Part shown: piece after piece, positions 1-13,066 of the stretch
Layout: each line of letters begins with the position of its first letter
Position numbering within the stretch: position 1 is the first letter of the stretch
From: Haliotis rufescens
Taxonomy: Eukaryota
NCBI RefSeq assembly: GCF_023055435.1
Contig: NW_025964001.1
Span: 43,400,001 to 43,464,000 of the forward strand
Direction: 5' to 3'
Length of the DNA stretch: 64,000 nucleotides
Program-made: the position numbers and the translations under genes
The notes under the pieces: model-generated
The model's input: only the letters and a program-made list of their open reading frames with translations
The model's database searches: none
Told to the model about the DNA's origin: nothing

Positions 1-444
1 GTGTAGGAGTTGCGTCCCCTAGATCATAGGGTGGAGGCGTGTGTGTATATGACACATGCATCGTTTGTGTGTGACGTTTACATGGTAACATGGTTATAAA
101 TTTTATACATAATTTAATGCAATATTTCAACAATTCAACATTATTTTTAAAATCACAAACATAATGAAATACCGACTGCGTATCAAGTTCTGCGTACAGA
201 CTATTCGATGTTTTTAACGTCAATCTTTCTGTTTGATTGTGTTTTTTGCGATATTTGTCCTTTTAAGCTGTGAGTACAAGCTAATTATCCATGGGCACCA
301 ATGTTGATACCTTAGATATAATAAATAGTTACCAATATATGTTCAGCGTAACATTTTTGCTGTTGAAGAGCATATATTATGTCAGAGCGGTATAACATAC
401 TTCTCTTAATGTTGCCATCACTACATGTCAGTTATGCGTTACAG

Positions 445-1769
445 ATCCTGGCGTTGCTATCGTCGGTTTTCTTCCAACACCAATGGCCCGGAGTATTCTG
501 TCCAAGCAACTGCCATCAAATAGACAAGGTATTTTGCTTGGTGGGGGTAGGGTGTGGCTTGTTTTGCTTGTTGTTTAACGCTGCATTAAGAAATATTCTA
601 TCGAAATGAAGGCAGCCTATAAATAATCGTGTCTGGGACCGACAATCCAGTAATTGATACACACGTTATGAGCAGCGAGCATCGCCGTCGGGGTACGATG
701 TCCGAGCCTGGCCACTCGATCCTTTACGAACAGCATAGGTTGACCTTTTCTAACCCGGAATCCCCACGGGGTGACAAGGTATGTATAAGAAAAAACATTA
801 CAGATATCCCAGTGTCTGTTTATTCACTGGATGGTTATGAAACTCGGTACACTTGACAGGGACGATGTTCGCGTCTCTATTTATTCACTGGCCGTGTATG
901 AACTACTGTGTACTTGGCAGGGGCGATATTCGCGAGTCTGGCAGTGGTGCAGGCGTTGTGTTCTGTGGTGGCGGCTGTAGTCTACAACAACATCTACCAG
1001 GTGACTGTCACCTTCTGGCGGGGCGCTGTCTACATGTCCTATGCTGCCACCAATGGCATTACACTGATTGTGTTCATGTGAGTAAATATATACCAACACG
1101 GGGATTATTTGTTTTTCTAATCACAGTAAAGATACGATAGATCATATCTATTTCTTTTAGGCAAGGCCTAAATTCATTGTCTCTGAAGACTTTCGATCCT
1201 GTTCCTATGTATTTGAACTACAAATAAGATTATATTGAATTGAGATGTTTGTGCTCCACCTTCTGCAGAGCCTTATCAGAGAGTTCACATATCCCCAAAT
1301 CGTATATGCATGTGATCTGTTTGGGAGCGTAGATAATAAACTATACATAAAAACAGACGTTTTTGGAGAAGATTAAAACACTTAGTTTGTTGTGGTCTAG
1401 CTGATGGACCCTGGTTCGTCTTGTTTCGTCAAAAGTTAGGAGACTGATTAATCTGCGAGGCCTTATAGTCCATATAATCATAATTATAATTCATGAACTG
1501 TTGTCAACAAAAATATAACCAGTTATTTTTTACTCTAAGAATATCTATCTAATCTGCAGTTGTATGCATGTCTATTCCCAAACATATCACTGAAACTAAG
1601 CGACCCAATTTACAGTAAATTATTGGGGTTTTATTTACATAGATATAGTGCAAAATCGTCTGTGATGTGGTTATGTCCCAATGGTATATAGTTGTAATGT
1701 TTCAGAGTGATGGCGATCCTCATACAAAAACAGAGGAAATCAACAGCGCAACAGATCAATGTAAACTAG
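445..1769 (+). CDS. Gene A: SLC46-family (PCFT-like) MFS transporter, 3' partial; exons 445-528, 921-1077, 1706-1769
   Basis: GT-AG bounded 84-nt exon (PGVAIVGFLPTPMARSILSKQLPSNRQG), 157-nt exon (GAIFASLAVVQALCS...FWRGAVY) and terminal exon (VMAILIQKQRKSTAQQINVN*). Sizes and phases match the other paralogs. The 5' exons lie upstream of the window. Confidence 0.88.
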
Positions 1770-3149
1770 AGCGGTGTGGATATTGGCAAGAACGAATTTC
1801 TCCTAGAAGAAACGATGAACCGCATAGCATTGTAGCTCACGTGCTATGTGGCCAACAGTTGTCAACATTGAAATACAAATATTTTCTTCATATTTATTGA
1901 GGACAAATGTTGGATTACCTGCATCATTACAAGCAACCCAATCACCAACCATTCCTCAGTGCACAACCAGCTCACAACATCGATGTTTATTTTAATGAGA
2001 AATTTAACATGCACTTCCAGTAGAAAATCCTGACTACTTCTTTGCCTGGCATGAAACCATTATTAGAAAGGGTGAACTTGTTAGGAAACAAGCATAGAAG
2101 ACGTTTCGCATCTATGGAGATAGAAGACAGTTTTCTTCAGCAATAGGGCCATCATCCTTAAATAAATAGAGTTAGAAGTGATGTTGAAGTAAAAATATAT
2201 TTAAGGAAGGACAAATTCATTATCACGTTTCTGACACATTAATGTATTTCTTGAGTTTATTCACAAATACCATAAAAATGTTAGAATAATTTCATTCCTT
2301 CTACCGGGTACATACTATTACATTTATCTTGTATTCTGAAATATGAAGAGGAGGTGTATTGCATTACAATATTTACAAACAAATATAATATTGAATCTTT
2401 TAAACGTTTACTGTTTCATTTTCAAATATATACACAAGCTTTCTTTAAATGGTGTCTATTAATCCCTTCAAGACTTTGTGCAAGCTTGAATGAGTGCATA
2501 TGAATTTAGCTATCAATGATTTTCATGTAGAAAGAGTTGTTAAAGATAGATAATTCTCCTTATGCAAAAGTGGCTGATAACATTTCTAGCTGTAAGAATG
2601 CGAGAGACATATGATGGATTTATTGTTAGCCTTAGTTTGTCTAAAACTTTAACATACTGCACAGATTCACCTGAAATGTGCCAAACAATAAAGATGCTGT
2701 TATCCATAAAAACAGTTTCATGTTGTCATATTCTACCAACTTCTAAATGCCGTTCAAAGACTTCATTGCATAAATATAGTTGGAATCACAAAATGTTGGT
2801 GCAGTCACATGTATCCAAAAACCAAATTGACACCAACAGACATCGGAAATAGAATACATCCGGTGTCTCATGACCGGTAAGTTACCCATGTGACGCATGC
2901 TCGCCTGACGAGATAAATATCACTTATGGGTGTCTGTTGGACAATGTTGATAGTAATAAACATATTTCCAAAAGCGTGTTTTATTTGGCCTTTTACGTCC
3001 AATGGATTCTGTTTCGGCGGATAATCGAAAGATCAGGTATTCTCTGGCTTTGATGCTTTTGTATTTACACCCCGTGGGGAATCCGGGTTAGAATAGGATC
3101 GCAACATGCCGTACCGTTCATTTAACACGACTGTGAATCATGTGTATTT

Positions 3150-3390
3150 GTGTTGTTTGTTTGTTTGTTGTTTATCGCCTAAGCAAAGTTTCAGCTATAT
3201 AACAGCGGTATGTAAATAATCGAGTCCAGACCAGACAATCCAGTGATTGACATTATGAACATAGATCTACGCAAATGGGATATCATGACATGCATCAAAC
3301 CAAGTCAGCGAGCCTGACCACCCGATCCCGTTAGTCGCCTCTCACGACAAGCAGGGGTATCAGATCAGTTCTAACCCGGATCTCCATGGT
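3150..3390 (-). mobile_element. SINE family 2 with (AAAC)n tail; other copies at about 560-772(-), 6500-6640(+), 15312-15468(-), 17088-17212(-), 22840-23055(-)
   Basis: Shared body gtaaataatcgagtctggaccagacaatccagtgattgac...gagcctgaccacccgatcc...ttctaacccgga in six places. Confidence 0.8.
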
Positions 3391-3872
3391 ATCGGAATAC
3401 GGTCACGTCCTACCACCTGCAATGGGGTGCTGAGGACATATTATACAACGGGTCTCATCGTGTAAGAACTGGTACGTTCAAAAGATGAAGATATTAGATG
3501 TTCGGTGTTTGGTCATGAACAACATCAAAGTATGTCAGTTGTACATGTGGTATGCTTTAAATATGCCGGTAATGAGTCAATAAATCAACCATCGTATGTA
3601 TAGAATACTATAATTTCGAGTAGTTCTGGCACGATTCCAATATATGTTTTGAAACTTAATGATAACATGTAGGTATTCATGCAACATGCAAAACCATAGT
3701 GTGATAAATGTATTGGGACTGAGTGAACCAAACTGATAGGTTCCTGAAGTCTATCGGTTCGCCCCGATTATGTTTCTATGTTTGTCAGCACCATGCTCGG
3801 GGTTTCACCGAAGTGGTAAACGTCTGATGTCTGCATCACTTCGGGCTTTCCTCCCACATTAAGCTGACACGC

Positions 3873-3881
3873 TGCGCGCGC

Positions 3882-3916
<35 letters not shown>

Positions 3917-3963
3917 CGTGCGTGTGTGTGTATGTGTGCGTGCGTGCGTGCGTGCGTGCGTGT
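3873..3963. repeat. (GT)n/(GCGT)n microsatellite
   Basis: Read directly from the sequence. Confidence 0.97.
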
Positions 3964-6900
3964 CCTCTTGGTTTGTGGCATCTTCAGTATAAAATAAAGA
4001 TTGACTGAAATTTCCACGAGGGTGTAGTTTGGACATTTGACATTATATTCGAATTTTGCTGTTGATTATTCTGCCACACATTTCCCGAATGATTCACCAT
4101 ACAAACTACAGTAAGAGCTACTGACAGTGCTATTTGTTCTGTAAACATTACCATGTTATAAAGTCATTGATGTGTGAAGGTACAAACGAATGATTAGAAT
4201 AAAGATAACTTATAAAACTAGCCACAAGCCTCCTTAGCTTTTACAGCTTGAACTGTAAAAAAAGCTGGAACTGTTGGAACTATGGTCGACATAGAGTGAA
4301 AGAAAGAGGGACTTTTGGAGATTAAAGTCATCCCTTTTATCAAAACGTCTTGTATTTTGAGATTATTTTGTCACTCTGGAACATTATGCAAAGGTCTAAA
4401 TATAAAACAGGCGTGGCTGTTTGACTGATCAAATGAATTATGACAAACTGTATCCATGCATACCATTACACGTTAATAACAAAATGTTCAACATTTTTTT
4501 ATGTGTAGCTATTCGTTAGTTATCATCACGAGTGGGGCGTAATAAGATCAATATCTTGACCATGACATCGCCCTCGGTTCACTCACGCTATATTCCAGAT
4601 ACTGTGGGGGTCAATAGTTTGATATCTAGTTACATGTACACATGTACACATGTAGATGGTATCTATTTGACTGGAAGAAAGGTTAAGCATCATCCTCTTA
4701 AATTATTTTTATATCACGACCTTCTAGTTATCTTTCGGAAATATCTACATTTGGCCTTGATCTCATTTTGATAAAGTTCAAAATAAGGCTTCTGCGATAC
4801 CATGTGTTGTGTTGGAAATTACAGAAACATTTGTTGAAACGTAAGTTTATCATGAGGTGTCAAACACGAAAAGTCATCTAAATTACCCAAACGCCTGTCT
4901 GCGGGGATGTCAGGGCCACTGATTGTCGTGGTATTCAAGTACATGCAACCATGCCTTGTAGACATAAGGTAATCGGTACATGCTCACAGCCTTCACACCA
5001 TATATACAGGTTATCTTCTCACTATCTCACAGGTATTACAATCATGCAGCAAGTACGTCAGATTAGCTCAAAGATGTTTGCACACTGGGTACACTTGGTA
5101 CTGGGTTAATTTGCTTATTTGGGTATTAGTTGCAAATGAAAAACAAAGGATTGTATCATGGGAAGCAATGGCTTCAGATTGCTAAAACTCCAAGGGTTAT
5201 GTGCACAAAACCTATAAATATTTCTTGATGTTGTATTCGGAGTGTATAGGGAGTAGATTTCCCTGAGAACATATGTAAATTGTGATTCTAATATCCAGGC
5301 TAATGTAAATTCCCCTGCCGCCCGGATATCAAGATGATGTTTTATTCATAAAATAACCGCCACTTGGTCGCATAATTAAAAGATATATGGATTTTCACAA
5401 TCAGAATTAATTTGATAAAAAAACAAGGTCGAATACATAACCCATCAGAAGCGTGAAACGAATTCTAGGAGCTCTTAAATATTTGGAGAGGATCGTGAAA
5501 AAGGAAATTATATATCAAAATATAAAGTGCGTTTGGTTATTGTCTTTCCTGGGAGGATTACGAATAAAATGTACAAGAACATGGTGGGTAATCCAAAATG
5601 TCAAGCATTTGGGGAGGGTAATTATTTTCAGTACATTAACGATGTCACAGATTTGGTATCGTTATCTTGAGTTTCGTGTGTGTTATTGTTTAAATAAGCA
5701 GTATTTGAAGTTATTATCGTTGATTTACCTGACGACTTGGGATGAGCAAGAGGTACAATGTTAGCAATGTTAGCTTCAGTCTCAGTCAAAATTCTGGTGC
5801 GTTAAGAATGTTTCTGAGAACGAGTTTAGTGACAATAGACAAGAGCGGGTGCGCCCATGACTGTCTGACTTGGGGCCCGCTCCAAGTTAAAACCTGGGTT
5901 CCAGAGTCACACCAATTATCATTATCGTTTAGCATTGGTCGGTAACCTTTCCCCCTTGCAATAGACTATTCCACCGCTCTAGTCGTTCTTACCCCGAGTC
6001 CTCATTTGGTCCACTGTTGGGTGGATTCCACCATGTCCAGGAATTTGGTTCGCCTCCCCAAGACTATTTATGTTTTATTTGTTAGAAGGTCTCTAACTGG
6101 GACTGCCCTATTTCCGACAGTTCGGATAATACTTCTAACCTTATTACCCTCATCATGATATGTGACATTCCCGTTACCCCAGTTTCCCATGTTTGCCCTC
6201 GCCTCAGAGCACTGTATACCTACTCAGCAATGTTAGCAACTCTTATAATAATTCTGGATATATTCCCTCTTATTTCCATGGATTAATTATCTAAACTTCC
6301 TTCTAATTATCTTAATAAATATTGTAATTTCATTCCTATAATATTTACGTGTATACCTCCTTAAACGCGAATAATTTTGAAGTTAATTCTCAACACACAA
6401 ATACAATGCAGAATGTATCCAAAGTCATTTATAACATACAATGCATGAACATAAAATGCATGAACTTACAAAATGAACATACAAAATGAAATAACAAACG
6501 GATGAGTTGCGTGGATCGATGCTCATGTTGTCAATCACTGAAATGTCTGGTCCAGACTCGGTTATTTACAGACCGCCGTCATTAGGCTGGAATATTGCTG
6601 AGTGCGGCATTAAACAACAAGCCAACAAACAAACAAAACAATACAATATCACAGAATATGATCAGTGATGACCGTTCATGTCTTGTGAAAGGTATGTTTG
6701 ACTAAAGCTAGACCGAGCGCATGCTGTTTTGCGTCGCTTTTCATTACTCCAGATATTTATCACGTCAGTCTGAATACAATCAGGTCGATTATTCTTCCCC
6801 AGATTCTCGAAAGGGAAGTGGAATTACACTAAATATTTCCCTTAAAGAGAAACACTTGGTTGAACGGTGGACATGTTTGTTGAAACAAATATTAATAGTA

Positions 6901-6995
6901 GCAACAACTTCAATGGTAAATATATATATTGCACATGTAGGATAACAAAAGATGTCATGGTGAGGATGTTGTATCACTCAAAGTATATTAGACGG

Positions 6996-9534
6996 TCATG
7001 ACTTTGGCGTCTGTATCTGCCGAACTTCTTGACGTTGTCTCTGTTCCTTCCTGAATAGCGGAACGAATATGCTGAAAGAAGACATGAAGATTTGAATTAA
7101 TTGGATAAAAAGACTTAGTACAATTAAATATTATAAATACCATTGACACATTCGCTACCACAGCGTTGACAACACATGGCCATCTTATTTCTCTTATCAG
7201 TAAATTCCCACATAATTTCTTTCGCGAAATAGTTTAATTGAATTGGAAGACTATCTTTAGCGTCGTGCCATTTTAATCAGACTCAAATCGCATGGATCCA
7301 GTGTATTTATAATTAAAGATTGGGGTTATTATACACTGAATAATCGAGGATGTCACAATATGACTGCAAACAGTTCAAATATGCAGGACTACATTATGTA
7401 TACATCATAACAATCATCATAATTCACGCCACAAAAGAATATCTATCGATTCCGCAGATACTTTAATAATACATGAGAGTAGCGATAGTTCAAACTGACC
7501 TCTTATCATCTGCATGTGTTTGTGGCAGAGTAGATAATACCAACAGTAGATTGAGCAATGTGTCAATCCTTTGTACCGCCTAACAAGCATGACAAGGTAT
7601 TTTCGGCAAATAGGTGACTTTTGAGGTGCCTGTTTTGATGAAACATATTTAGTTTTAATTCCAAGGTACTATGTTAGTGAGATGAAGCTGCCATGTAGGC
7701 CTTGATATGAAGCCACACTATACTCACAGGTAGAGGACTAAGGCTGCCACATGCATGGCCCCCATGGCGATGAACACAGCACCCCTCCAGTAAGTCACTG
7801 TCTCTTGGTAGATGCTGTTGAAGAGCGGGGTGCCGAACGTACTACACGCAGACTCCACGAGGGCCAGACTAGCAAACAGTGCCCCTAGTAAAGTATAACT
7901 GAAGATCAGTAGATAAAGATGCATCCAGTATTTTTGCATATAATGTTTTATGTTTATGTATAATGTTTATAAATGTGTCAGAGTCGCTATTACCGCTATA
8001 ATTGTGATAACTATAGTGGTCATATTCAAATTATATGTCCTATACTAGTATTGAATCAGTATTTATCTTACAATTTAAAGGTATAATAAAATTCAGCCTC
8101 TTACGAGTGCATGTTCTACATAACATCCTGCATCTCTAACCACACTTAACACCACCCTGACCAAATTGATTATGATCCTTGGTCTGACACCAAATTGTCT
8201 TTGTGCTACTTCATTTTGGACACATAGACACATATTTTGTATATCTACTAGATTCAGACACCCTACTGCTCACCAATTAAACAGCGTGAGCTGGGTATTC
8301 ATGGGCACTGTATCACATGATTTTATTGTATATACACATGTAGTGTAAATAATTTATTTGCCTAGGTGTGATCGGTTGAATCTCACTGTGAAGGCTGCTT
8401 GTATGGAAGTGACAGGAACTGTGTTGTTTTAAGAAAAGGGGCCATATCATAAGCAATTATCCTTTTTCCGATCCAAGCCTTCAGCAGAACTTCAGCGTTC
8501 AGCAGAACACAGCTCTCAACCCACCACTTACTAATAAATAGTGAATGGTTTAACTTAAAGAATAAGGGAATTGGTAACAGTATACTCCATTTGAATGATC
8601 AAAGCATAATGCCTTCAAATGGAGAATTAAACCACCACACTGTCATAAAACATGGCTAATGCTTCAGCAAATATTGAGTTTGTTACGAAAGATAAGGCAA
8701 CATTAAACAATCTCATCCCAGCCTTGTCAGATTGACAGACCTACTTTTAAGAGGCTAGCAGTGTCCCAAAAGAGTGAGTGAGTTGGGTTTTACGCCGCTT
8801 TTAACATTATTCCAGTTATATCACGGCGTGTCAGCTTAATGTGGGAGGAAAGCCCCAAGTGATGCAGGTCTCAGACGTTTACCACTTCGGTGAAACCCAC
8901 GAGCACGGGTATGGTGCTGACAAACCTGGAACATAATCGGGGTGAACCGGGATTCGAACCAACAATCATAGGTTTCTGGCGTGTCCAGGGGACGCAACTC
9001 TGCACAGCGAATCGCGGCGCCTTAGACGACTGGGCCACCCGTGCCCCCTGTCCCAAAAGAAGAAAATATCGGATGACAATGACAGATAAGAAAAGATAGG
9101 AAATATGTTTCTGTGTGTATGCGTGCCATTGCAAATGAAATATAAATATACATGCGAATATGTATCTCTGAGTGTGTATCTGATGGAAATGAATTTATTA
9201 TAAAAATATTCAAGTATATCAGTGTCAGCTGCATATTTTTTATGCCACCCATACAGTCCATTGTTCTACCAATCACCATGCTTCACTGCGCTAGTAGTCT
9301 CACAAAAGGTGCTACACAATGAGGTCAACCCACTAATACGGTCCACAGAAGGGCTGAGTCTATTTACATGCACTGAGTGCGTCCAGTGGTAGGCACTTCG
9401 CTCTGCCACGATTACAGACTTTAAGAGATTCATCAGCCCCCACTCTGTTTTAAGGTAAGATTATGTTAATTATATCTAATTTTTACAGTCAATTGTTCAA
9501 GCCGCTTTATCATACACGTACTTTTGAATATATA

Positions 9535-9565
<31 letters not shown>

Positions 9566-12500
9566 TCCCTCTCTCTCTCTATCACTAGACATTGATTATT
9601 CATCAAATAACACTTTAATTTGTGACTAAAGTTAAGAGAAGAGGGTCAAATGGACAATTTCTGTATGGATATCACGATTAAAAACAGATGGGAATTCGGT
9701 TGGAAATTCAAGATACAGGTCCACTGGTGATGGGACAGTCTCCGATTAATGTTGGTCCTGTACTTTTAAATTATATTAATTAATAACATTTTGTCATGTA
9801 TCTGCTGCGTACCCTGTTTACTTTGAGGCGCCATCTTTGACATGATGCCCCGGATGATAGGAGTAGCGGCAAATCCGACAAGTCCGACAACAGGAACTGC
9901 AGTGAAAGGTTATTATCATTGGCAATTTGGCTGTAAATCACGAATCATGGTAGGCCTAATATAAGATGAAGATGTGAAATGGGGTTTCTCGTCGCATTAA
10001 AGATTATTGCACTTATATAGTGACGTGCATGCACGCGTGTGTGTGGCTACTTGTACCAGTCCGGACTTTACAGTGCTAGCCAACTGAGATAGCATCCCGT
10101 ATTTTAGCATCAATACCCCACTGAGAAACCACTGAGTATACCGGCTCCGAGCCGGCCAGTCCTTGTTTTACTCAGGCAGGGAAACAACAAGTACTATCTT
10201 GTAACGTGTTGTGGTATGACCCCGCCGGGGTTCGAACCCCGGACCTTCCGCTACACCACGGAGGCTGTCAGACCAAGTATAAGCCGTGCTGTATATGGCC
10301 GTTGACTATTCAGTGGAGAATCAATCAATAGCGCCATCATTACCCCGGTCAATGGCGGTCAACTCAACTCTCTGGGAAGGATACAACCCAAGCTGCCACC
10401 AACGCGATAAAAGCATCGGCAAACCCGACCTACTCTCGTAACCGCGTTTTGTCTTACTCAACTTTATAAATTAATCTAAACGAGCCCCTCGTGAAACTTT
10501 GCCTCGTTTGAACCGTCTAATATCGGAATGAAAATCTCACCTCCCGCATACAGCATAAAGTCGTTTGTGGCAAATCCCCACATGAGGTCTCCGCCGATAG
10601 CTGACACCGTGGCCACTAAAGCAACAACTTCATCCGTCATACAATACTGTAGTCCTTTCACCAGAAACACCCCGACCAGGTTCTTCACCAGGTAGGTGAT
10701 GGTGTTGAACAGCCCCATCTTCTCCGGGCTCCAACAGAACGGCAGGTTCATCTCGAACAGCGTGTCCAGATTAGACCCACTCGAGTTGTTGATGATGGAG
10801 AAGAGGAATATCAATAGCCCTAACCAGATGAGACCTTTCTTTAATCTTGTTCCCTGGAAGACATACACGCTCATCATGTTCCTTAAACCCTGAAGGGGGG
10901 TAATGCAGGACCTCTGTTGCCTGGGACATGTCTCCTCCATGAACAGGATCACGACTAGGATACCTAGGACATTGACAAGAGCTGAGGTTAAAGATGGATA
11001 GAAATAGCCTGTGGCCTGTATGAAATAACCTACTGCGAGGGATGTAAGAGCAGCGCTAAGACCAGTGACGGTCTCGATGACGGCCATCCACAGAGATCGG
11101 GACTGGTGTGGGGGTGTATTGTCAGCGGTGTAGGCGCACGATGCAAGTGTGAATGACCACGATCCTCCACATAGACCATACAGACCGGTAGCAAGGAAGA
11201 GGTAGTCGAGGTCTAGGTTCCAGTGTATTATTATTACCGTAACAATTGTCCGTAATACATACCCCGTCATACATATAACATAGAGGAACTTCCTTCCAAA
11301 GAAGTCAGAGTAGGTTCCCAGGATTACATTACACAGGACTGCAATGCCGCTGGACGCTATAGTAAACTCGGAGAGCTTCTCTGATGATTCAATCTGTGCT
11401 CGCTCCTGAAGGAGGTAGCCTGGGTCCGATGTGTTCTGGAAGCATGGAGCCAGCGTGGAGAAGTTCCTTGTTCTCGTGTCATTGCCGAACACCTGCAGGG
11501 AGATTCTGTGGTAGACGTATTGAGACAGGACCGGCGAGAAGAGGCTGGATGCTGATGTCAGGATGCAGACGACAACGTTAGCCAGGACCAGGTTGAATAG
11601 ACAGGATCGTCGCCCTCTTTTCTCGCCACAAATGCTGAAGAATTGGACAAAATTTGATTTATTTATTTGATGACAAATTCTTCAAGGGAAACATTTTAAA
11701 ATCGTTGACATGTGTTTATTTATTTAAGGTTAATATGCTAGAGTTATATTATGTACATCGATCTATCGTTACATCTTAAAGTCTTAGTCGTGCTAGTAGC
11801 CACTGATCGCTGTTTCGAATTCGCGATCGGCCTGATTATTATCCTTCTGTTATCAGCACCATATACCCAAAGTGGCAAATATTACGATCTCACCCCGTGA
11901 TATACCTTGAATACTGCTCAAAGCCGCGTAAAAGCCAAATTGACTCACTCCTTACATTTAACGGTCAAATATTACAGTGTTATTCGGATTAAATGTGTTA
12001 TCCTTTTTTTATTACATTTTATATCATATTGCATAAAGACTTGTTTGTATTGGTCCCCAAACATTTCTTTTATAATAAAGTAAGAGTTGAAAGGTGGCGT
12101 CATATCTGGTCAATATTTACAGTTTAGCGATTATTTTATTTTTGGGATTTTTGACTGACATGATTTTTTAACATTTCTCCGCGAGTTTTACCGTTGGTGA
12201 GATATAGATAGCCTACTCTTCCCCCAGATAATCTGTCTGTCACTCACACAGCGAACGGGTCACAAATCAAGTCGCGGAGAGTCCTTTGATTGGTGACCGA
12301 GTTTCGGCTGCTTGGGTTGTTTATTCCCCAGGGAGCTGAGAATGAATATCTAGTGTACACTGATCCATTGGCCGGGGTAATAATGTCTGAGTGCTTAGAG
12401 CATGCTTATGCATGGACTACAGCGTCATATTAATGGACTGTTATTATTATTAATTTATCTCGGGTGTCGTGCACATCACTTGGGAGAGTTACGTCCCTTA

Positions 12501-12873
12501 TATCTATCAGGGCATTTCTTTCGAATGACCGCTCCGCTCCGATTATAACCTTGATGTTACACATGTCAGAGTGGTAAACGCCGACGACATACACAACATG
12601 AATCGCACCATTCGCATTAAGCTGTTACACCCAGAAGTATCTGAAATCTGTGTTAACGGCGATGTTAAATGAGCGATTGCGTGAGTCCGTAACAAGGAAG
12701 TGACCCAGGGTAATTTGTGTTACATGACATTATGCTGAGTGCCGGGGCAGAGAATGCGTGACCCGTCACCCTAATGTCGGAATACTTGTTACCAACCTTG
12801 GAGGTGAGATCCCGTCTGTGTCGGGCTGGCTCGAGAGAAGCGGTGATTTCTCGTTGTTTGAGTCTGTCGCCAT
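6996..12873 (-). CDS. Gene B: SLC46-family (PCFT/SLC46A3-like) transporter, about 495 aa; exons 12873-12797, 11634-10541, 9896-9813, 7884-7728, 7071-6996
   Basis: The exons splice in frame to 1488 nt. N-terminus MATDSNNEKSPLL; motifs GTYSDFFGRK, AYTAD, PFCWS, PIIRGIMSKM, QGALFASLA. All introns are GT-AG. Confidence 0.9.
8772..9048 (-). mobile_element. SINE family 3, full length; partial copies at about 3745-3872(+), 17313-17555(-), 62288-62447(-)
   Basis: Head ggggcacgggtggcccagtcgtctaaggcg...ggttcgaatcccgg, body gtgggaggaaagcccgaagtgatgcagg, (ACTC)n tail. Confidence 0.82.
9535..9580. repeat. (CT)n microsatellite
   Basis: Read directly from the sequence. Confidence 0.97.
12195..12455 (+). 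mobile_element. Probable SINE 3' part with an L2-like tail ending in (TTA)n
   Basis: gagtgcttagagca...agcgtcatattaat...ttattattatta resembles tails of L2-dependent SINEs; only one copy in the window. Confidence 0.4.
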
Positions 12874-13034
12874 CTTGTTCTGATCACAGTGACCATATGA
12901 AAGCCTTTAATTCGTATTCCGTGACAGTGGAGTGTGTCTAATCATTTACAAACCATACCGAAGCATGCTGTTACAGATCAGAGGAACGTGCTATGCCCAT
13001 TACACAAAAGAAATATTTTCGTTAGTCATTGCAG

Positions 13035-13066
13035 GTCATGTGACAGGTAGCAAGGCGCACCACGTG
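13035..13066. promoter_or_regulatory. Candidate MiT/TFE (CLEAR/M-box) and E-box pair upstream of gene B
   Basis: gtcatgtgac at 13035-13044 (one mismatch to GTCACGTGAC) and cacgtg at 13061-13066, about 160-190 bp upstream of the B ATG. Confidence 0.4.

Noticed and set aside
5450-6200. Possible minus-strand LINE RNase H remnant (QIPGHGGIHP near 6040)
   Set aside because: Only one weak motif; too decayed to support without a profile search.
10476-11492. ORF-track proteins as complete single-exon genes (also 18039, 26229, 42615, 50033, 55813)
   Set aside because: Each runs past a GT donor into intron sequence, and the last helices lie in downstream exons. B's large exon extends to 11634 and its ATG is at 12873.
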